DNA of 64,000 bases, from assembly GCF_009914755.1 (NCBI RefSeq), contig NC_060938.1; one strand, 5' to 3'. Positions 39,501-53,049 of the stretch are shown here, piece after piece. A program made the position numbers and the translations under genes. The DNA comes from the human T2T-CHM13v2.0 reference genome, Homo sapiens. The notes below the pieces were generated by a model. The model was not told the origin of the DNA, made no database searches, and saw only the letters and a list, made by a program, of their open reading frames with translations. Position 1 is the stretch's first letter. Each line of letters starts with the position of its first letter.

Positions 39501-42500
39501 GCTGCATGCATATATCCCAAAGAAGATTCTGAGATTGCTTCTGTCTAGTTTTTATGGGAAGATATTTCCCTTTTCACCGTAGGCATCAAGGCGCTCCAAA
39601 TGTCCACTTCCAGATACTACAAAAAGAGTGTTTCAAACCTACTCTGTGAAAGGGAATATTCAACTCTGTGACTTGAATGCACATATCACAAGGAAGTTTC
39701 TGAGAATGCTTCTGTCGAGATTTTATATGAAGATATTCCCGTTTCCAACGAAATCCTGAAATCTATCCAAATATCCCCTTGCAGATTCTACAAAAAGAGT
39801 GTTTCAAAACTGCTCTGTAAAAAGAAAGGTTCAACTCTGTTAGTTGAGTACACACATCACAAACAAGTTTCACACAATGCTTCTTTCTAGCTTGTAGGGG
39901 AAGATATTCCCTTTATCACCATGGGCCTCAAACCGTCCGATAAGTCCACTTCCATATACTACAAAAAGAGCGTTTCAAACCTGCTCTATGAAAGGCAATG
40001 TTCAACTCTGTGACTTGAATGCAGACATCACAGAGCAGTTTCTGAGAATGCTTCTGTCTAGATTTTATAGGAAGATATTCCCGTTTCCAACGAAATCTTC
40101 ACAGCTATCCAAATATCCACTTGCAGATTCTACAAAAAGAGTGTATCAAAACTGCTCTGTCAAAAGGAAGGTTCTTTTCTGTTAGGTGAGTGCATACGTC
40201 ATAAAGGAGTTTCTGAGAATGTTTCTGTCTAGTGGTTATGGGAAGATATTTGCTTTTTCACCGTAGGCCTCAGAGCGCTCCAAATATCCACTTGCACATA
40301 CTACAAAAAGAGTGCCTCAAAGCTGCTCTCTGAAACGGAATGTTCAACTCTATGAGTTGAATGCAAACATCGCAAAGACGTTTCTGAGAATGCTTCTGTC
40401 TAGATTTGATATGAAGATATTCCCGTTTCCAACGAAATCTTCAAATCTATCCAAATGTCCACTTGCAGATTCAACAAAAAGTGTTTTTCAGAACTGCTCT
40501 ATCAAAAGAAAGATCCACCTCTGTTAGCTGAGTTCACACATCACAAACAAGTTTATGAGAATGCTTCTGTCTAGTTTTTATTTGAAGATATTTCCTTTCT
40601 CACCATAGAGCTGAAAGCTGTCCTAATGTTCACTTCCAGATACTACAGAAAGAGTGTTTCAAAACTGCTGTACGAAAGGGAATGTTCAACTCTGTGACTT
40701 GAATGCACACATCACAAAGAAGTTTCTGAGGATGCTGCTGTCTACTTTTTATACGTAATCCCGTTTCCAACGAAATCCTCCAAGCTATCCAAATATCCAC
40801 TTGCAGATTCCACAGAAAGACTGTTTCAAAACTGCTCTGTCAATAGAAAGGTTCAACTCTGTTAGCTGCGTGCATATATCCCAAAGAAGATTCTGAGATT
40901 GCTTCTGTCTAGTTTTTATGGGAAGATATTTCCCTTTTCACCGTAGGCGTCAAGGCGCTCCAAATGTCCACTTCCAGATACTACAAAAAGAGTGTTTCAA
41001 ACCTACTCTGTGAAAGGGAATATTCAACTCTGTGACTTGAATGCACATATCACAAAGAAGTTTCTGAGAATGCTTCTGTCGAGATTTTATATGAAGATAT
41101 TCCCGTTTCCAACGAAATGCTGAAATCTATCCAAATATCCCCTCGCAGATTCTACAAAAAGAGTGTTTCAAAACTGCTCTGTGAAAAGAAAGGTTCAACT
41201 CTGTTAGTTGAGTACACACATCACAAACAAGTTTCACAGAATGCTTCTTTCTAGCTTGTAGGGGAAGATATTCCCTTTATCACCATGGGCCTCCAACCGT
41301 CCGAAACATCCACTTCCATATACTACAAAAAGAGCGTTTCAAACCTGCTCTATGAAAGGCAATGTTCAACTCTGTGACTTGAATGCAGACATCACAGAGC
41401 AGTTTCTGAGAATGCTTCTGTCTAGATTTTATAGGAAGATATTCCCGTTTCCAACGAAATCTTCACAGCTATCCAAATATCCACTTGCAGATTCTACAAA
41501 AAGAGTGTATCAAAACTGCTCTGTCAAAAGGAAGGTTCTTCTCTGTTAGGTGAGTGCATACGTCATAAAGGAGTTTCTGAGAATGTTTCTGTCTAGTGGT
41601 TATGGGAAGATATTTGCTTTTTCACCGTAGGCCTCAGAGCGCTCCAAATATCCACTTGCACATACTACAAAAAGAGTGCTTCAAAGCTGCTCTCTGAAAC
41701 GGAATGTTCAACTCTATGAGTTGAATGCAAACATCACAAAGACGTTTCTGAGAATGCTTCTGTCTAGATTTGATATGAAGATATTCCCGTTTCCAACGAA
41801 ATCTTCAAATCTATCCAAATGTCCACTTGCAGATTCAACAAAAAGTGTTTTTCAGAACTGCTCTATCAAAAGAAAGATCCACCTCTGTTAGCTGAGTTCA
41901 CACATCACAAACAAGTTTATGAGAATGCTTCTGTCTAGTTTTTATTTGAAGATATTTCCTTTCTCACCATAGAGCTGAAAGCTGTCCTAATGTTCACTTC
42001 CAGATACTACAGAAAGAGTGTTTCAAAACTGCTGTACGAAAGGGAATGTTCAACTCTGTGACTTGAATGCACACATCACAAAGAAGTTTCTGAGGATGCT
42101 GCTGTCTACTTTTTATACGTAATCCCGTTTCCAACGAAATCCTCCAAGCTATCCAAATATCCACTTGCAGATTCCACAGAAAGACTGTTTCAAAACTGCT
42201 CTGTCAATAGAAAGGTTCAACTCTGTTAGCTGCATGCATATATCCCAAAGAAGATTCTGAGATTGCTTCTGTCTAGTTTTTATGGGAAGATATTTCCCTT
42301 TTCACCGTAGGCGTCAAGGCGCTCCAAATGTCCACTTCCAGATACTACAAAAAGAGTGTTTCAAACCTACTCTGTGAAAGGGAATATTCAACTCTGTGAC
42401 TTGAATGCACATATCACAAGGAAGTTTCTGAGAATGCTTCTGTCGAGATTTTATATGAAGATATTCCCGTTTCCAACGAAATCCTGAAATCTATCCAAAT

Positions 42501-44849
42501 ATCCCCTCGCAGATTCTACAAAAAGAGTGTTTCAAAACTGCTCTGTAAAAAGAAAGGTTCAACTCTGTTAGTTGAGTACACACATCACAAACAAGTTTCA
42601 CACAATGCTTCTTTCTAGCTTGTAGGGGAAGATATTCCCTTTATCACCATGGGCCTCAAACCGTCCGATAAGTCCACTTCCATATACTACAAAAAGAGCG
42701 TTTCAAACCTGCTCTATGAAAGGCAATGTTCAACTCTGTGACTTGAATGCAGACATCACAGAGCAGTTTCTGAGAATGCTTCTGTCTAGATTTTATAGGA
42801 AGATATTCCCGTTTCCAACGAAATCTTCACAGCTATCCAAATATCCACTTGCAGATTCTACAAAAAGAGTGTATCAAAACTGCTCTGTCAAAAGGAAGGT
42901 TCTTTTCTGTTAGGTGAGTGCATACGTCATAAAGGAGTTTCTGAGAATGTTTCTGTCTAGTGGTTATGGGAAGATATTTGCTTTTTCACCGTAGGCCTCA
43001 GAGCGCTCCAAATATCCACTTGCACATACTACAAAAAGAGTGCCTCAAAGCTGCTCTCTGAAACGGAATGTTCAACTCTATGAGTTGAATGCAAACATCG
43101 CAAAGACGTTTCTGAGAATGCTTCTGTCTAGATTTGATATGAAGATATTCCCGTTTCCAACGAAATCTTCAAATCTATCCAAATGTCCACTTGCAGATTC
43201 AACAAAAAGTGTTTTTCAGAACTGCTCTATCAAAAGAAAGATCCACCTCTGTTAGCTGAGTTCACACATCACAAACAAGTTTATGAGAATGCTTCTGTCT
43301 AGTTTTTATTTGAAGATATTTCCTTTCTCACCATAGAGCTGAAAGCTGTCCTAATGTTCACTTCCAGATACTACAGAAAGAGTGTTTCAAAACTGCTGTA
43401 CGAAAGGGAATGTTCAACTCTGTGACTTGAATGCACACATCACAAAGAAGTTTCTGAGGATGCTGCTGTCTACTTTTTATACGTAATCCCGTTTCCAACG
43501 AAATCCTCCAAGCTATCCAAATATCCACTTGCAGATTCCACAGAAAGACTGTTTCAAAACTGCTCTGTCAATAGAAAGGTTCAACTCTGTTAGCTGCGTG
43601 CATATATCCCAAAGAAGATTCTGAGATTGCTTCTGTCTAGTTTTTATGGGAAGATATTTCCCTTTTCACCGTAGGCGTCAAGGCGCTCCAAATGTCCACT
43701 TCCAGATACTACAAAAAGAGTGTTTCAAACCTACTCTGTGAAAGGGAATATTCAACTCTGTGACTTGAGTGCACATATCACAAAGAAGTTTCTGAGAATG
43801 CTTCTGTCGAGATTTTATATGAAGATATTCCCGTTTCCAACGAAATGCTGAAATGTATCCAAATATCCCCTCGCAGATTCTACAAAAAGAGTGTTTCAAA
43901 ACTGCTCTGTGAAAAGAAAGGTTCAACTCTGTTAGTTGAGTACACACATCACAAACAAGTTTCACAGAATGCTTCTTTCTAGCTTGTAGGGAAGATATTC
44001 CCTTTATCACCATGGGCCTCCAACCGTCCGAAACATCCACTTCCATATACTACAAAAAGAGCGTTTCAAACCTGCTCTACTAAAGGCAATGTTCAACTCT
44101 GTGACTTGAATGCAGACATCACAGAGCAGTTTCTGAGAATGCTTCTGTCTAGATTTTATAGGAAGATATTCCCGTTTCCAACGAAATCTTCACAGCTATC
44201 CAAATATCCACTTGCAGATTCTACAAAAAGAGTGTATCAAAACTGCTCTGTCAAAAGGAAGGTTCTTCTCTGTTAGGTGAGTGCATACGTCATAAAGGAG
44301 TTTCTGAGAATGTTTCTGTCTAGTGGTTATGGGAAGATATTTGCTTTTTCACCGTAGGCCTCAGAGCGCTCCAAATATCCACTTGCACATACTACAAAAA
44401 GAGTGCTTCAAAGCTGCTCTCTGAAACGGAATGTTCAACTCTATGAGTTGAATGCAAACATCACAAAGACGTTTCTGAGAATGCTTCTGTCTAGATTTGA
44501 TATGAAGATATTCCCGTTTCCAACGAAATCTTCAAATCTATCCAAATGTCCACTTGCAGATTCAACAAAAAGTGTTTTTCAGAACTGCTCTATCAAAAGA
44601 AAGATCTACCTCTGTTAGCTGAGTTCACACATCACAAACAAGTTTATGAGAATGCTTCTGTCTAGTTTTTATTTGAAGATATTTCCTTTCTCACCATAGA
44701 GCTGAAAGCTGTCCTAATGTTCACTTCCAGATACTACAGAAAGAGTGTTTCAAAACTGCTGTACGAAAGGGAATGTTCAACTCTGTGACTTGAATGCACA
44801 CATCACAGAGAAGTTTCTGAGGATGCTGCTGTCTACTTTTTATACGTAA

Positions 44850-44866
44850 TCCCGTTTCCAACAAAA
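44850..44866 (-). promoter_or_regulatory. CENP-B box with CpG lost
   Basis: TCCCGTTTCCAACAAAA (G>A at 44863). Confidence 0.88.
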
Positions 44867-47800
44867 TCCTCCAAGCTATCCAAATATCCACTTGCAGATT
44901 CCACAGAAAGACTGTTTCAAAACTGCTCTGTCAATAGAAAGGTTCAACTCTGTTAGCTGCATGCATATATCCCAAAGAAGATTCTGAGATTGCTTCTGTC
45001 TAGTTTTTATGGGAAGATATTTCCCTTTTCACCGTAGGCGTCAAGGCGCTCCAAATGTCCACTTCCAGATACTACAAAAAGAGTGTTTCAAACCTACTCT
45101 GTGAAAGGGAATATTCAACTCTGTGACTTGAATGCACATATCACAAGGAAGTTTCTGAGAATGCTTCTGTCGAGATTTTATATGAAGATATTCCCGTTTC
45201 CAACGAAATCCTGAAATGTATCCAAATATCCCCTTGCAGATTCTACAAAAAGAGTGTTTCAAAACTGCTCTGTAAAAAGAAAGGTTCAACTCTGTTAGTT
45301 GAGTACACACATCACAAACAAGTTTCACACAATGCTTCTTTCTAGCTTGTAGGGGAAGATATTCCCTTTATCACCATGGGCTTCAAACCGTCCGATAAGT
45401 CCACTTCCATATACTACAAAAAGAGCGTTTCAAACCTGCTCTATGAAAGGCAATGTTCAACTCTGTGACTTGAATGCAGACATCACAGAGCAGTTTCTGA
45501 GAATGCTTCTGTCTAGATTTTATAGGAAGATATTCCCGTTTCCAACGAAATCTTCACAGCTATCCAAATATCCACTTGCAGATTCTACAAAAAGAGTGTA
45601 TCAAAACTGCTCTGTCAAAAGGAAGGTTCTTCTCTGTTAGGTGAGTGCATACGTCATAAAGGAGTTTCTGAGAATGTTTCTGTCTAGTGGTTATGGGAAG
45701 ATATTTGCTTTTTCACCGTAGGCCTCAGAGCGCTCCAAATATCCACTTGCACATACTACAAAAAGAGTGCCTCAAAGCTGCTCTCTGAAACGGAATGTTC
45801 AACTCTATGAGTTGAATGCAAACATCGCAAAGACGTTTCTGAGAATGCTTCTGTCTAGATTTGATATGAAGATATTCCCGTTTCCAACGAAATCTTCAAA
45901 TCTATCCAAATGTCCACTTGCAGATTCAACAAAAAGTGTTTTTCAGAACTGCTCTATCAAAAGAAAGATCCACCTCTGTTAGCTGAGTTCACACATCACA
46001 AACAAGTTTATGAGAATGCTTCTGTCTAGTTTTTATTTGAAGATATTTCCTTTCTCACCATAGAGCTGAAAGCTGTCCTAATGTTCACTTCCAGATACTA
46101 CAGAAAGAGTGTTTCAAAACTGCTGTACGAAAGGGAATGTTCAACTCTGTGACTTGAATGCACACATCACAAAGAAGTTTCTGAGGATGCTGCTGTCTAC
46201 TTTTTATACGTAATCCCGTTTCCAACGAAATCCTCCAAGCTATCCAAATATCCACTTGCAGATTCCACAGAAAGACTGTTTCAAAACTGCTCTGTCAATA
46301 GAAAGGTTCAACTCTGTTAGCTGCGTGCATATATCCCAAAGAAGATTCTGAGATTGCTTCTGTCTAGTTTTTATGGGAAGATATTTCCCTTTTCACCGTA
46401 GGCGTCAAGGCGCTCCAAATGTCCACTTCCAGATACTACAAAAAGAGTGTTTCAAACCTACTCTGTGAAAGGGAATATTCAACTCTGTGACTTGAATGCA
46501 CATATCACAAAGAAGTTTCTGAGAATGCTTCTGTCGAGATTTTATATGAAGATATTCCCGTTTCCAACGAAATGCTGAAATCTATCCAAATATCCCCTCG
46601 CAGATTCTACAAAAAGAGTGTTTCAAAACTGCTCTGTGAAAAGAAAGGTTCAACTCTGTTAGTTGAGTACACACATCACAAACAAGTTTCACAGAATGCT
46701 TCTTTCTAGCTTGTAGGGGAAGATATTCCCTTTATCACCATGGGCCTCCAACCGTCCGAAACATCCACTTCCATATACTACAAAAAGAGCGTTTCAAACC
46801 TGCTCTATGAAAGGCAATGTTCAACTCTGTGACTTGAATGCAGACATCACAGAGCAGTTTCTGAGAATGCTTCTGTCTAGATTTTATAGGAAGATATTCC
46901 CGTTTCCAACGAAATCTTCACAGCTATCCAAATATCCACTTGCAGATTCTACAAAAAGAGTGTATCAAAACTGCTCTGTCAAAAGGAAGGTTCTTCTCTG
47001 TTAGGTGAGTGCATACGTCATAAAGGAGTTTCTGAGAATGTTTCTGTCTAGTGGTTATGGGAAGATATTTGCTTTTTCACCGTAGGCCTCAGAGCGCTCC
47101 AAATATCCACTTGCACATACTACAAAAAGAGTGCTTCAAAGCTGCTCTCTGAAACGGAATGTTCAACTCTATGAGTTGAATGCAAACATCACAAAGACGT
47201 TTCTGAGAATGCTTCTGTCTAGATTTGATATGAAGATATTCCCGTTTCCAACGAAATCTTCAAATCTATCCAAATGTCCACTTGCAGATTCAACAAAAAG
47301 TGTTTTTCAGAACTGCTCTATCAAAAGAAAGATCCACCTCTGTTAGCTGAGTTCACACATCACAAACAAGTTTATGAGAATGCTTCTGTCTAGTTTTTAT
47401 TTGAAGATATTTCCTTTCTCACCATAGAGCTGAAAGCTGTCCTAATGTTCACTTCCAGATACTACAGAAAGAGTGTTTCAAAACTGCTGTACGAAAGGGA
47501 ATGTTCAACTCTGTGACTTGAATGCACACATCACAAAGAAGTTTCTGAGGATGCTGCTGTCTACTTTTTATACGTAATCCCGTTTCCAACGAAATCCTCC
47601 AAGCTATCCAAATATCCACTTGCAGATTCCACAGAAAGACTGTTTCAAAACTGCTCTGTCAATAGAAAGGTTCAACTCTGTTAGCTGCATGCATATATCC
47701 CAAAGAAGATTCTGAGATTGCTTCTGTCTAGTTTTTATGGGAAGATATTTCCCTTTTCACCGTAGGCATCAAGGCGCTCCAAATGTCCACTTCCAGATAC

Positions 47801-50800
47801 TACAAAAAGAGTGTTTCAAACCTACTCTGTGAAAGGGAATATTCAACTCTGTGACTTGAATGCACATATCACAAGGAAGTTTCTGAGAATGCTTCTGTCG
47901 AGATTTTATATGAAGATATTCCCGTTTCCAACGAAATCCTGAAATCTATCCAAATATCCCCTTGCAGATTCTACAAAAAGAGTGTTTCAAAACTGCTCTG
48001 TAAAAAGAAAGGTTCAACTCTGTTAGTTGAGTACACACATCACAAACAAGTTTCACACAATGCTTCTTTCTAGCTTGTAGGGGAAGATATTCCCTTTATC
48101 ACCATGGGCCTCAAACCGTCCGATAAGTCCACTTCCATATACTACAAAAAGAGCGTTTCAAACCTGCTCTATGAAAGGCAATGTTCAACTCTGTGACTTG
48201 AATGCAGACATCACAGAGCAGTTTCTGAGAATGCTTCTGTCTAGATTTTATAGGAAGATATTCCCGTTTCCAACGAAATCTTCACAGCTATCCAAATATC
48301 CACTTGCAGATTCTACAAAAAGAGTGTATCAAAACTGCTCTGTCAAAAGGAAGGTTCTTTTCTGTTAGGTGAGTGCATACGTCATAAAGGAGTTTCTGAG
48401 AATGTTTCTGTCTAGTGGTTATGGGAAGATATTTGCTTTTTCACCGTAGGCCTCAGAGCGCTCCAAATATCCACTTGCACATACTACAAAAAGAGTGCCT
48501 CAAAGCTGCTCTCTGAAACGGAATGTTCAACTCTATGAGTTGAATGCAAACATCGCAAAGACGTTTCTGAGAATGCTTCTGTCTAGATTTGATATGAAGA
48601 TATTCCCGTTTCCAACGAAATCTTCAAATCTATCCAAATGTCCACTTGCAGATTCAACAAAAAGTGTTTTTCAGAACTGCTCTATCAAAAGAAAGATCCA
48701 CCTCTGTTAGCTGAGTTCACACATCACAAACAAGTTTATGAGAATGCTTCTGTCTAGTTTTTATTTGAAGATATTTCCTTTCTCACCATAGAGCTGAAAG
48801 CTGTCCTAATGTTCACTTCCAGATACTACAGAAAGAGTGTTTCAAAACTGCTGTACGAAAGGGAATGTTCAACTCTGTGACTTGAATGCACACATCACAA
48901 AGAAGTTTCTGAGGATGCTGCTGTCTACTTTTTATACGTAATCCCGTTTCCAACGAAATCCTCCAAGCTATCCAAATATCCACTTGCAGATTCCACAGAA
49001 AGACTGTTTCAAAACTGCTCTGTCAATAGAAAGGTTCAACTCTGTTAGCTGCGTGCATATATCCCAAAGAAGATTCTGAGATTGCTTCTGTCTAGTTTTT
49101 ATGGGAAGATATTTCCCTTTTCACCGTAGGCGTCAAGGCGCTCCAAATGTCCACTTCCAGATACTACAAAAAGAGTGTTTCAAACCTACTCTGTGAAAGG
49201 GAATATTCAACTCTGTGACTTGAATGCACATATCACAAAGAAGTTTCTGAGAATGCTTCTGTCGAGATTTTATATGAAGATATTCCCGTTTCCAACGAAA
49301 TGCTGAAATCTATCCAAATATCCCCTCGCAGATTCTACAAAAAGAGTGTTTCAAAACTGCTCTGTGAAAAGAAAGGTTCAACTCTGTTAGTTGAGTACAC
49401 ACATCACAAACAAGTTTCACAGAATGCTTCTTTCTAGCTTGTAGGGGAAGATATTCCCTTTATCACCATGGGCCTCCAACCGTCCGAAACATCCACTTCC
49501 ATATACTACAAAAAGAGCGTTTCAAACCTGCTCTATGAAAGGCAATGTTCAACTCTGTGACTTGAATGCAGACATCACAGAGCAGTTTCTGAGAATGCTT
49601 CTGTCTAGATTTTATAGGAAGATATTCCCGTTTCCAACGAAATCTTCACAGCTATCCAAATATCCACTTGCAGATTCTACAAAAAGAGTGTATCAAAACT
49701 GCTCTGTCAAAAGGAAGGTTCTTCTCTGTTAGGTGAGTGCATACGTCATAAAGGAGTTTCTGAGAATGTTTCTGTCTAGTGGTTATGGGAAGATATTTGC
49801 TTTTTCACCGTAGGCCTCAGAGCGCTCCAAATATCCACTTGCACATACTACAAAAAGAGTGCTTCAAAGCTGCTCTCTGAAACGGAATGTTCAACTCTAT
49901 GAGTTGAATGCAAACATCACAAAGACGTTTCTGAGAATGCTTCTGTCTAGATTTGATATGAAGATATTCCCGTTTCCAACGAAATCTTCAAATCTATCCA
50001 AATGTCCACTTGCAGATTCAACAAAAAGTGTTTTTCAGAACTGCTCTATCAAAAGAAAGATCCACCTCTGTTAGCTGAGTTCACACATCACAAACAAGTT
50101 TATGAGAATGCTTCTGTCTAGTTTTTATTTGAAGATATTTCCTTTCTCACCATAGAGCTGAAAGCTGTCCTAATGTTCACTTCCAGATACTACAGAAAGA
50201 GTGTTTCAAAACTGCTGTACGAAAGGGAATGTTCAACTCTGTGACTTGAATGCACACATCACAAAGAAGTTTCTGAGGATGCTGCTGTCTACTTTTTATA
50301 CGTAATCCCGTTTCCAACGAAATCCTCCAAGCTATCCAAATATCCACTTGCAGATTCCACAGAAAGACTGTTTCAAAACTGCTCTGTCAATAGAAAGGTT
50401 CAACTCTGTTAGCTGCATGCATATATCCCAAAGAAGATTCTGAGATTGCTTCTGTCTAGTTTTTATGGGAAGATATTTCCCTTTTCACCGTAGGCGTCAA
50501 GGCGCTCCAAATGTCCACTTCCAGATACTACAAAAAGAGTGTTTCAAACCTACTCTGTGAAAGGGAATATTCAACTCTGTGACTTGAATGCACATATCAC
50601 AAGGAAGTTTCTGAGAATGCTTCTGTCGAGATTTTATATGAAGATATTCCCGTTTCCAACGAAATCCTGAAATCTATCCAAATATCCCCTCGCAGATTCT
50701 ACAAAAAGAGTGTTTCAAAACTGCTCTGTAAAAAGAAAGGTTCAACTCTGTTAGTTGAGTACACACATCACAAACAAGTTTCACACAATGCTTCTTTCTA

Positions 50801-53032
50801 GCTTGTAGGGGAAGATATTCCCTTTATCACCATGGGCCTCAAACCGTCCGATAAGTCCACTTCCATATACTACAAAAAGAGCGTTTCAAACCTGCTCTAT
50901 GAAAGGCAATGTTCAACTCTGTGACTTGAATGCAGACATCACAGAGCAGTTTCTGAGAATGCTTCTGTCTAGATTTTATAGGAAGATATTCCCGTTTCCA
51001 ACGAAATCTTCACAGCTATCCAAATATCCACTTGCAGATTCTACAAAAAGAGTGTATCAAAACTGCTCTGTCAAAAGGAAGGTTCTTTTCTGTTAGGTGA
51101 GTGCATACGTCATAAAGGAGTTTCTGAGAATGTTTCTGTCTAGTGGTTATGGGAAGATATTTGCTTTTTCACCGTAGGCCTCAGAGCGCTCCAAATATCC
51201 ACTTGCACATACTACAAAAAGAGTGCCTCAAAGCTGCTCTCTGAAACGGAATGTTCAACTCTATGAGTTGAATGCAAACATCGCAAAGACGTTTCTGAGA
51301 ATGCTTCTGTCTAGATTTGATATGAAGATATTCCCGTTTCCAACGAAATCTTCAAATCTATCCAAATGTCCACTTGCAGATTCAACAAAAAGTGTTTTTC
51401 AGAACTGCTCTATCAAAAGAAAGATCCACCTCTGTTAGCTGAGTTCACACATCACAAACAAGTTTATGAGAATGCTTCTGTCTAGTTTTTATTTGAAGAT
51501 ATTTCCTTTCTCACCATAGAGCTGAAAGCTGTCCTAATGTTCACTTCCAGATACTACAGAAAGAGTGTTTCAAAACTGCTGTACGAAAGGGAATGTTCAA
51601 CTCTGTGACTTGAATGCACACATCACAAAGAAGTTTCTGAGGATGCTGCTGTCTACTTTTTATACGTAATCCCGTTTCCAACGAAATCCTCCAAGCTATC
51701 CAAATATCCACTTGCAGATTCCACAGAAAGACTGTTTCAAAACTGCTCTGTCAATAGAAAGGTTCAACTCTGTTAGCTGCGTGCATATATCCCAAAGAAG
51801 ATTCTGAGATTGCTTCTGTCTAGTTTTTATGGGAAGATATTTCCCTTTTCACCGTAGGCGTCAAGGCGCTCCAAATGTCCACTTCCAGATACTACAAAAA
51901 GAGTGTTTCAAACCTACTCTGTGAAAGGGAATATTCAACTCTGTGACTTGAGTGCACATATCACAAAGAAGTTTCTGAGAATGCTTCTGTCGAGATTTTA
52001 TATGAAGATATTCCCGTTTCCAACGAAATGCTGAAATGTATCCAAATATCCCCTCGCAGATTCTACAAAAAGAGTGTTTCAAAACTGCTCTGTGAAAAGA
52101 AAGGTTCAACTCTGTTAGTTGAGTACACACATCACAAACAAGTTTCACAGAATGCTTCTTTCTAGCTTGTAGGGAAGATATTCCCTTTATCACCATGGGC
52201 CTCCAACCGTCCGAAACATCCACTTCCATATACTACAAAAAGAGCGTTTCAAACCTGCTCTACTAAAGGCAATGTTCAACTCTGTGACTTGAATGCAGAC
52301 ATCACAGAGCAGTTTCTGAGAATGCTTCTGTCTAGATTTTATAGGAAGATATTCCCGTTTCCAACGAAATCTTCACAGCTATCCAAATATCCACTTGCAG
52401 ATTCTACAAAAAGAGTGTATCAAAACTGCTCTGTCAAAAGGAAGGTTCTTCTCTGTTAGGTGAGTGCATACGTCATAAAGGAGTTTCTGAGAATGTTTCT
52501 GTCTAGTGGTTATGGGAAGATATTTGCTTTTTCACCGTAGGCCTCAGAGCGCTCCAAATATCCACTTGCACATACTACAAAAAGAGTGCTTCAAAGCTGC
52601 TCTCTGAAACGGAATGTTCAACTCTATGAGTTGAATGCAAACATCACAAAGACGTTTCTGAGAATGCTTCTGTCTAGATTTGATATGAAGATATTCCCGT
52701 TTCCAACGAAATCTTCAAATCTATCCAAATGTCCACTTGCAGATTCAACAAAAAGTGTTTTTCAGAACTGCTCTATCAAAAGAAAGATCTACCTCTGTTA
52801 GCTGAGTTCACACATCACAAACAAGTTTATGAGAATGCTTCTGTCTAGTTTTTATTTGAAGATATTTCCTTTCTCACCATAGAGCTGAAAGCTGTCCTAA
52901 TGTTCACTTCCAGATACTACAGAAAGAGTGTTTCAAAACTGCTGTACGAAAGGGAATGTTCAACTCTGTGACTTGAATGCACACATCACAGAGAAGTTTC
53001 TGAGGATGCTGCTGTCTACTTTTTATACGTAA

Positions 53033-53049
53033 TCCCGTTTCCAACAAAA
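53033..53049 (-). promoter_or_regulatory. CENP-B box with CpG lost (duplicate of 44850)
   Basis: TCCCGTTTCCAACAAAA (G>A at 53046). Confidence 0.88.
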
